DNA of 64,000 nt from Methanobacteriota archaeon. Its GTDB lineage: Archaea; Thermoplasmatota; Poseidoniia; Poseidoniales; Poseidoniaceae. Under the pieces are notes generated by a model, which saw only the letters and a program-made list of their open reading frames with translations, was not told the origin of the DNA and searched no databases. Shown here one piece after another: positions 58,078 through 64,000 of the stretch. Location: contig PAJM01000017.1 in NCBI GenBank assembly GCA_002706065.1, forward strand, positions 77,044 through 141,043. The letters run 5' to 3'. The position numbers were made by a program, and so were the translations under genes. Every line of letters begins with the position of its first letter. Positions within the stretch are counted from its first letter, which is position 1.

Positions 58078-58466
58078 TCACGAATAATGATGTAACGGCC
58101 AAGTGCTTCTTGCCACATAATTTTCTGACCTGCTTCAATGTTCATTGAGGTCTCTGCACTTGGCATTGGCAAAATCATCATCGAGTAATCACGATCATTC
58201 ATGGCGTGAACTTCGTTGCCTTCCATGTGTGTAACGGTAGCAGTCCCCTTCTCAATCATTGGGACGCTGATGGAGTCTGTTACGGTGCCGACGTGGGAGA
58301 TTTTCTTTCCGGTGAAGATGCTTTCGAGTGATAGACGTGCTTTTGCAGATCCGTGCTTTCCTGGCTTGGACTTTGAAATGCTCAAAATCTTGTAAGCTTC
58401 GTCGTCAACAACACAAAATCGTCCAACTTTGAGAGTTCGAATTTCAACACGGTCCGTTCCTGGCAT
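58071..58466 (-). CDS. eif5a: Translation factor aIF-5A
   Basis: Hypusine loop SKPGKHGSAKAR. Confidence 0.95.
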   Translation of the reverse strand: MPGTDRVEIRTLKVGRFCVVDDEAYKILSISKSKPGKHGSAKARLSLESIFTGKKISHVGTVTDSISVPMIEKGTATVTHMEGNEVHAMNDRDYSMMILPMPSAETSMNIEAGQKIMWQEALGRYIIIRDH

Positions 58467-58519
58467 GAACCTACGCTGTGGTGGTGGCTTAAGACAGTTC
58501 GGTTCTCCATGTACGGATT

Positions 58520-59263
58520 TTATAGTTCTCGCACATCGAACCGCTGCCCGGATTGTTCAAAGGTGTGGTTGACAATAAGATTGTGTAACTTTTTCGCAAC
58601 ATCAACTGGCCGAGTAAGTTGACCATCACGATGGTACCCTACGAACGATTCAACCATCGGAAAGTCCTCTATGGCTGAAGAACGGATTTCAAGTTGCATG
58701 TCGGTGTTGACAATCCCCGGTGCAATAGCAACAGACGAGATTCCGTCGCCCCTACCTTCCTCTGCAAGGCATCGCGACCACATATCAAGTCCGGCTTTTG
58801 AAATGCAATAAGCAGACCAAGAATGCAGAGGTCGCAATGCTGCACCACTTGAGATTGTTGTTACACGACATCTTCCCGACGCTTTCATTTTTTCATAGAG
58901 ACCCTTCGTGAGCCGCTGCACGCCTGTGATATTGACACGAATGTTCCGTTCCCACTCGTCGTTCTCGGCATCGAACATCGAACGAATCGGCGCAATCGTA
59001 CCAGCGTTGTGGACAATTCCATCGATTGAAGGAATCGATTCAAGCGCATGTAATGCAGAATCAATCGAATTGGTGTCAGCGAGATCACAGGCGATGGTGG
59101 TCGATGATGGTGAACTTGTTTGAACCTCTTTGCAAGCATCATCAAGTTCTTGCGAAGGACGAGCAAGTAGAATCACCTGAATTCCATCTGCAGCGAGTGT
59201 TTTTGCTATAGCCTTACCAATTCCTTTGGAAGCTCCTGTCACGAGATAGGTTGCGGCGCCCAT
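58520..59263 (-). CDS. Short-chain dehydrogenase (benzil/sepiapterin reductase-like)
   Basis: TGASKGIG, HNAG, ISSGAA, YCISK, PG.V.TDMQ. Confidence 0.88.
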   Translation of the reverse strand: MGAATYLVTGASKGIGKAIAKTLAADGIQVILLARPSQELDDACKEVQTSSPSSTTIACDLADTNSIDSALHALESIPSIDGIVHNAGTIAPIRSMFDAENDEWERNIRVNITGVQRLTKGLYEKMKASGRCRVTTISSGAALRPLHSWSAYCISKAGLDMWSRCLAEEGRGDGISSVAIAPGIVNTDMQLEIRSSAIEDFPMVESFVGYHRDGQLTRPVDVAKKLHNLIVNHTFEQSGQRFDVREL

Positions 59264-59350
59264 GAAGGAAATGAGGTGGAGGCATCTAATCATGGTTTTG
59301 AGATTGTTTTCCAAACAGGGGTATATTTACCAACGGTCGTAGTTCTGAGC

Positions 59351-61630
59351 ATGTTCGATTTACCAGAACATCTTGCTGAGAGATGTCGAATGGTCAATTC
59401 GATTGAAGACTTCAACGGCAATGGTCCAATTGTGGTATGGCTCAAATCATCCCTCAGAACCCATGAAAATCCTGCCTTAGACGCAGGATGCTATCTTGCA
59501 CATCAATGGAACCTTCCATTGCTTGTCTACCAAGGTATTGATGAACGATATCCACATGCAAATGCCCGACACCACAACATCCTTTTCGATGCGGCAGTTG
59601 ATATGCACCATGGCTGCGAACAACGAGGTATCGATTACGTCTTGCACATTGCGCGTGAGGGTTATCGCCCATCGGTCATGAAGGAATTTGCGGCATCAGC
59701 CAGCATGATCATCACGGATTTGTTTCCACTCCCGCCTTGGAAGGACTGGGTAAAACGATTGGCGAACAAAGCCAACTGCCCGGTAATCGAAATCGATTGC
59801 CATTGTGTGGTTCCAATGCCCGTTTTTGGTAAATCTGTTGATCGTCCGTTTCGATATCGAGACGCAACAAAGAAGTTGAGGAAGCGAAGGGTAGGAAATC
59901 CTTGGCCTCACCTCGACACGACCAAACTTCAATCTTGGAAAGGTCCTCTTCCGTTTGACCCTATTGAGATTTCAGCCATATCATCAATGGAAAAGCGATT
60001 GGAGCTCTTGCATCAGTGCAACATCGATATGTCTGTACATCCGGTTTGGAAACAACGTGGTGGAGAGCGGGCAGCACTTCAACGATGGCAAGAATTTCTC
60101 TCCAAAGGATTGTCTGGTTATGCTCGTCGACGAAACAATGCTGCAGATCCATATGGTGTTTCCAGGCTCTCCATGGCCATCCACTATGGCATGATCTCGG
60201 TCTTGAAAATCGTACGAGAAGCCCATGCGGTTGGAACCAAATCTGCAGAGAAATTTTTGGACGAGTTGCTCATTTTCAGGGAACATGCATGGCATCATGT
60301 GTACTCAAAGGAGGAACCCTATGGAGCACATAACCTCCCGAATTGGGCCTTAGAGTCATGGCAGGACACCTCGGATGACGTGCGAGCGACGCTATTGGAA
60401 CGAGAAGACTTTGAAGTCGGAGCCTCACCAAATAAGCTCTGGAATTTATGCCAAACCTCGTTGTATCGTCACGGAGAATTGCATAACAACCTCCGGATGA
60501 CGTGGGGAAAAGCAACTCCACATTGGACAACATCAGTAGAAGAATCTCTCCTCATAGGGCAACATTTGAACGACAAGTATGCTCTTGATGGAAGAGATCC
60601 CTCATCGATTGCAGGGATTCATTGGTGCCATGGATTGTTTGATCGACCGTTTTTGCCCCCACTACCAGTCATGGGTGTCGTGCGAAAACGAGAACTTGAA
60701 ACGCATCAGTCACGACTTGACATCGAAGCATATGAGCGATATGTCACTCAACTTGCGTATCAACAACAACGCCCATTCATCATCGTCGGTGCAGGGTATG
60801 CAGGAGCCCGTGCAGCACAGATTTTGACAACATACGGCTACGATGTACTTGTCCTCGATAAAGGAACAATTCCAGGTGGACGTTCGTCGACCAAACGACG
60901 CAAGAATGGCGCCTACAATCATGGATCAGACACACGTTCTGGCACGGATGCTTTGCATGCTGATGAGCACATTATCTCGATGCTTGAGGGGACTGATGTG
61001 CTTTGTGAAACCCGAATTGTCTCCATTGAAACCCATCCTGAATTTGTCGTTCTTGAGGATGAAAAAGGATTCACATGGGAAGCGGAGGGTGTGATCTTAA
61101 CCTGTCCGATACCACAACTTCAACCTCTCATTCCTCAACTCGTGCCGCAGCATTGGGCCGACCATCCCTACGTTTCAAATTGGACATTGATCTGTACCGG
61201 AAAAAAACCCGTCCCAAACAAATTACTCGTCAATGATAATCCTTCTATAGAATTAATTCGGCGTGGCACAAACCATACAGAATCGAATGTCCTCATCGTC
61301 CACATGACCTATGATTGGAGTAAGAAGTATCTGGAACACTCAAGAGAGGAAATCACTGAATTGATACTGGCTGAACTCAACACAGCAACATCAGAATGGT
61401 TGGAAGGAGCAGAACTTCATGCACATCGGTGGCGTTTTTCTCGTCCCTCTGTCCAACCTGAGCGTGTTGATAACCAACGAATTACATTTGCAGGCGATGC
61501 ATGGGCCGAACCTATTGGAACCATTGAGGCTGCAATAACATCCGCTGAATTTGCTGCACTCGAATTGATCTGGAAACAGCATTATGCCCAGGCTCCACAA
61601 AAAGTTTCAATGCAGACAACCTTGTTTTAG
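59351..61630 (+). CDS. Photolyase (class II CPD-like) fused to a renalase-like FAD-dependent oxidoreductase
   Basis: LRTHENPAL, SRLS..IHYG.IS, FLDELLIFRE, LHNNLRMTWGK, LNDKYALDGRDP; then IVGAG.AG, DKG..PGGR.STKR, HRWRFS.P, AGD; ends QTTLF. Confidence 0.85.
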   Translation: MFDLPEHLAERCRMVNSIEDFNGNGPIVVWLKSSLRTHENPALDAGCYLAHQWNLPLLVYQGIDERYPHANARHHNILFDAAVDMHHGCEQRGIDYVLHIAREGYRPSVMKEFAASASMIITDLFPLPPWKDWVKRLANKANCPVIEIDCHCVVPMPVFGKSVDRPFRYRDATKKLRKRRVGNPWPHLDTTKLQSWKGPLPFDPIEISAISSMEKRLELLHQCNIDMSVHPVWKQRGGERAALQRWQEFLSKGLSGYARRRNNAADPYGVSRLSMAIHYGMISVLKIVREAHAVGTKSAEKFLDELLIFREHAWHHVYSKEEPYGAHNLPNWALESWQDTSDDVRATLLEREDFEVGASPNKLWNLCQTSLYRHGELHNNLRMTWGKATPHWTTSVEESLLIGQHLNDKYALDGRDPSSIAGIHWCHGLFDRPFLPPLPVMGVVRKRELETHQSRLDIEAYERYVTQLAYQQQRPFIIVGAGYAGARAAQILTTYGYDVLVLDKGTIPGGRSSTKRRKNGAYNHGSDTRSGTDALHADEHIISMLEGTDVLCETRIVSIETHPEFVVLEDEKGFTWEAEGVILTCPIPQLQPLIPQLVPQHWADHPYVSNWTLICTGKKPVPNKLLVNDNPSIELIRRGTNHTESNVLIVHMTYDWSKKYLEHSREEITELILAELNTATSEWLEGAELHAHRWRFSRPSVQPERVDNQRITFAGDAWAEPIGTIEAAITSAEFAALELIWKQHYAQAPQKVSMQTTLF

Positions 61631-61747
61631 AATGGAAAAGAATCTTTTGATCCCATGGTATCATGCACATCAACAGATTCAACGACATGGAATCATCACA
61701 CATGATTTCGTGCGAGAGGTGATAAACCTCGGTGTTTAGAGATGGTC

Positions 61748-61930
61748 ATGGCATTCATTGCATGTATACACTGCTTAAGCGTACGAGTGTACCCGTACAT
61801 GGGTTTCATGACTGGGCAACAATATCAATGCCAAGATTGTGAATCAATATCACCCATCATTATCGAATTTGATTCTGAAGAAGATCGACTTGCTTTCCAA
61901 GCTGCACGGGATGCTGAAGAAGAAGAGTAA
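61748..61930 (+). CDS. Small zinc-finger protein
   Basis: CIHC...YQCQDC with an acidic tail; GTGATAAA box at -29. Confidence 0.7.
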   Translation: MAFIACIHCLSVRVYPYMGFMTGQQYQCQDCESISPIIIEFDSEEDRLAFQAARDAEEEE

Positions 61931-61999
61931 ATCGATACCTACTTGGTTCGCATAAGCCGAATCTTCATATGTAAAAAGGCATATTGCACACTGGATGGG

Positions 62000-62401
62000 A
62001 TGCATATGATTGAGCGTAAGCAGGATGCACTACACGGGGCAATGCTCCGATCACTAATGGCCGAACACCTTCGAGAAGAACGAGAGAAAGGGCAACATCA
62101 GCCCATTCAAGATTCATCCTTTACTGCCCTTGCATCACGAATTGTCGATGATGCTCGAAGCGGGGTGACCCACAAATCAGCAGCAACAAACCTCCTTTCC
62201 GAAATCGGATTGCAACCTCCAAAGGATGTCGTAGAACAATCACCTCTCCGTCACGTCGGAAAACGAGCCAAGAAAGTACCTCTCAACAAGCGCAAAGTGC
62301 GGAAAGTCAAGCGTTCTTCTCGTGCCCCTCATCAGACCCGTACACGACCTGCGGTGGGTCATGAACGAAGAAAGAGAGTCATTCAACTTCCCCGCAACTA
62401 A
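62000..62401 (+). CDS. Hypothetical protein with strongly basic C-terminus
   Basis: ORF fills the gap; K/R-rich tail (KRAKKVPLNKRKVRKVKR). Confidence 0.55.
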   Translation: MHMIERKQDALHGAMLRSLMAEHLREEREKGQHQPIQDSSFTALASRIVDDARSGVTHKSAATNLLSEIGLQPPKDVVEQSPLRHVGKRAKKVPLNKRKVRKVKRSSRAPHQTRTRPAVGHERRKRVIQLPRN

Positions 62402-62448
62402 GACCAACCGTCAAAAAGGGAAAACACTGCGGATGGTTGGGTGAGACC

Positions 62449-63645
62449 ATGATCGACCTTGCGAATCCAAGTGAAGAACATCTTATGCTTCGAGAAATGA
62501 TTCGCGACTTTGTTCAAGAATTCGTTGAACCACAGGCCCATGAGTACGACAAAAAGGAACAATTCAATCTCGAACTGTTCAGAGAACTTGGTGAACTCGG
62601 GCTTCTCGGAATTACCGTACCTGATCAATATGGAGGAGCAGGCTTAGATGCCGTTGCAGCGACAATCGCTCACGAGGAACTTTCCTACTCTGATGCAGGA
62701 TTTGGTCTTGCTTACTTAGCTCACTCAATGCTCTTTGTCAACAATCTAGCGTACAACGGAAGCGAAGAGCAAAAGACACGTATTCTCCCGAAGGTTTGCT
62801 CAGGCGAATGGATTGGAGCCATGGCGATGTCGGAACCAGATGCAGGAACGGACGTACTCGGCCTATCGACTACCGCCGAGAAAAACAAGGATGGTAACTG
62901 GGTTTTGAATGGTCGTAAAATGTGGATTACCAACGGGTGCATCGATGATCAAGGAACACCTGCTGATGTTGTATGGGTTTATGCCCGAACAGGCTATGAT
63001 GAAAAAGGCCGAACCCAACTTTCCACCTTTCTCGTCGAAAAAGGAACGCCAGGATACAGCGTGGGACAGAAGATTTTCGACAAAACGGGCATGCGTGCTT
63101 CGAATACTGCGGAACTTGTGTTTGACGACTGCATTGTACCATCCGCAAACCTCGTTGGAGACGAGGGAGGTTCTCTCATCCACATGATGGGCAACCTGGA
63201 AATTGAACGGCTTACCCTCGCTGCAATGTCCTTAGGTATTGCACGCCGATGTTTGCATGAAATGAACAAGTACGCATCAGAGCGAGAGGCCTTTGGCGTA
63301 CAAATCCGGTCGTTTGGACAAATGCAACGTCACATTGCGGAGTCATGGGCGAAATACAGAGCAATGCGCGCCTACATCTACGACACTGCGAACAACATCA
63401 AACTCGGTTCTGCCGGTCAGCGTCTTGATTCTGATGGAGTCAAACTATTCGCAACAACAGCTGCGAAAGAAATCGCAGACGCTGCCATACAAGTGATGGG
63501 AGGATATGGTTACGTTGCAGAGTACCACGTTGAACGACTCTGGCGGGACTCAAAACTCCTAGAAATTGGCGGTGGAACGCTTGAATCTCATCAAAAGAAC
63601 ATCACTCGAGATCTTGCTAAAGATGGAGAAGCCATCAATCGATGA
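62449..63645 (+). CDS. Acyl-CoA dehydrogenase (isovaleryl-CoA dehydrogenase-like)
   Basis: LGLLGITVP..YGG, AMSEPDAGTD, LNGRKMWITNG, KTGMRAS.T.EL.F, LEIER, GGYGY, IGGGT.E. Confidence 0.9.
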   Translation: MIDLANPSEEHLMLREMIRDFVQEFVEPQAHEYDKKEQFNLELFRELGELGLLGITVPDQYGGAGLDAVAATIAHEELSYSDAGFGLAYLAHSMLFVNNLAYNGSEEQKTRILPKVCSGEWIGAMAMSEPDAGTDVLGLSTTAEKNKDGNWVLNGRKMWITNGCIDDQGTPADVVWVYARTGYDEKGRTQLSTFLVEKGTPGYSVGQKIFDKTGMRASNTAELVFDDCIVPSANLVGDEGGSLIHMMGNLEIERLTLAAMSLGIARRCLHEMNKYASEREAFGVQIRSFGQMQRHIAESWAKYRAMRAYIYDTANNIKLGSAGQRLDSDGVKLFATTAAKEIADAAIQVMGGYGYVAEYHVERLWRDSKLLEIGGGTLESHQKNITRDLAKDGEAINR

Positions 63646-64000
63646 CTTCGTTGACCTCTTTGATTCCAACCATCTGTTTCGTCATGCGCCATGCAGATGT
63701 GATCATACTGACACCAATAATCGCAGAAGATGCGAGGACAGTTGTCCATACCCATGCGCTCGAGATCGTTGAAAGAGATTCTTCTGAAAGGAGCATCCCC
63801 ATCATCGCAGCCATTGCAATCGCCAATGAAATTTGGATGCGATAGAGGAGAGGAACTGTGAGAATTGTTCCCACTCGAGACATTCTATAGAAAAGAAACA
63901 TCGACCATGTAAAGACACCAACTGTCCAAAGAGGGATACTTATCTGGTACGTGTTGAAGAGAAGAAACTCATTGTCACGGATGTATCCATCTGCAGAAAA
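63635..64000 (-). CDS. Membrane protein, 3' part (5' end beyond window)
   Basis: Frame is open from 64000 (FSADGYIRDNEFLLF...) into the listed 63635..63901 ORF; several hydrophobic helices. Confidence 0.6.
   Translation of the reverse strand, partial: FSADGYIRDNEFLLFNTYQISIPLWTVGVFTWSMFLFYRMSRVGTILTVPLLYRIQISLAIAMAAMMGMLLSEESLSTISSAWVWTTVLASSAIIGVSMITSAWRMTKQMVGIKEVNEVID

Noticed and set aside
1..64000. Mobile elements, proviruses, inteins, rRNA/tRNA genes
   Set aside because: No transposase, integrase, capsid or intein motifs recognised (including in RFC-L and Lhr), and intergenic gaps are short with no structural RNA signatures. A covariance-model scan was not run.

Overview
Gene-dense archaeal chromosomal segment of about 63 CDS. 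I saw no rRNA, tRNA, CRISPR array or mobile element. Gene content and style point to Marine Group II Euryarchaeota (Ca. Poseidoniales, Thermoplasmatota); this is an inference, not a database result. Core loci: trkA-trkH, rfcL, glyS, a 1763-aa Lhr helicase, a large Ca-binding lectin-like surface protein converging on archaeosortase A, tiaS, purB, dph6, the proteasome/exosome superoperon (psmA-SBDS-rrp4-rrp41-rrp42-rpl37ae-pcc1-pfdB-DHH), rps12-rps7-EF-2, a dispersed mevalonate/isoprenoid set (UbiD-family decarboxylase, IDI1-GGPP synthase fusion, IPK, thiolase plus DUF35), cobB, selO, coaBC, trmY, surE, several transporters, aIF5A and an acyl-CoA dehydrogenase. Most notable observations: (1) a MamK-like actin, flanked by a double zinc-ribbon/TerB-like protein and followed by a membrane protein and a sirtuin; (2) a class II-like photolyase fused to a renalase-like flavoprotein that ends in QTTLF, nearly the same PIP-box-like tail as RFC-L (QRTLF), suggesting PCNA-tethered photorepair; (3) an Lhr helicase with two tandem AlkZ-like modules; (4) a recurring C-containing TATA-like box starting 28-30 nt before many start codons, implying leaderless mRNAs; (5) a probable ATC start for tiaS. 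All family calls come from motif recognition by eye; no searches were run.
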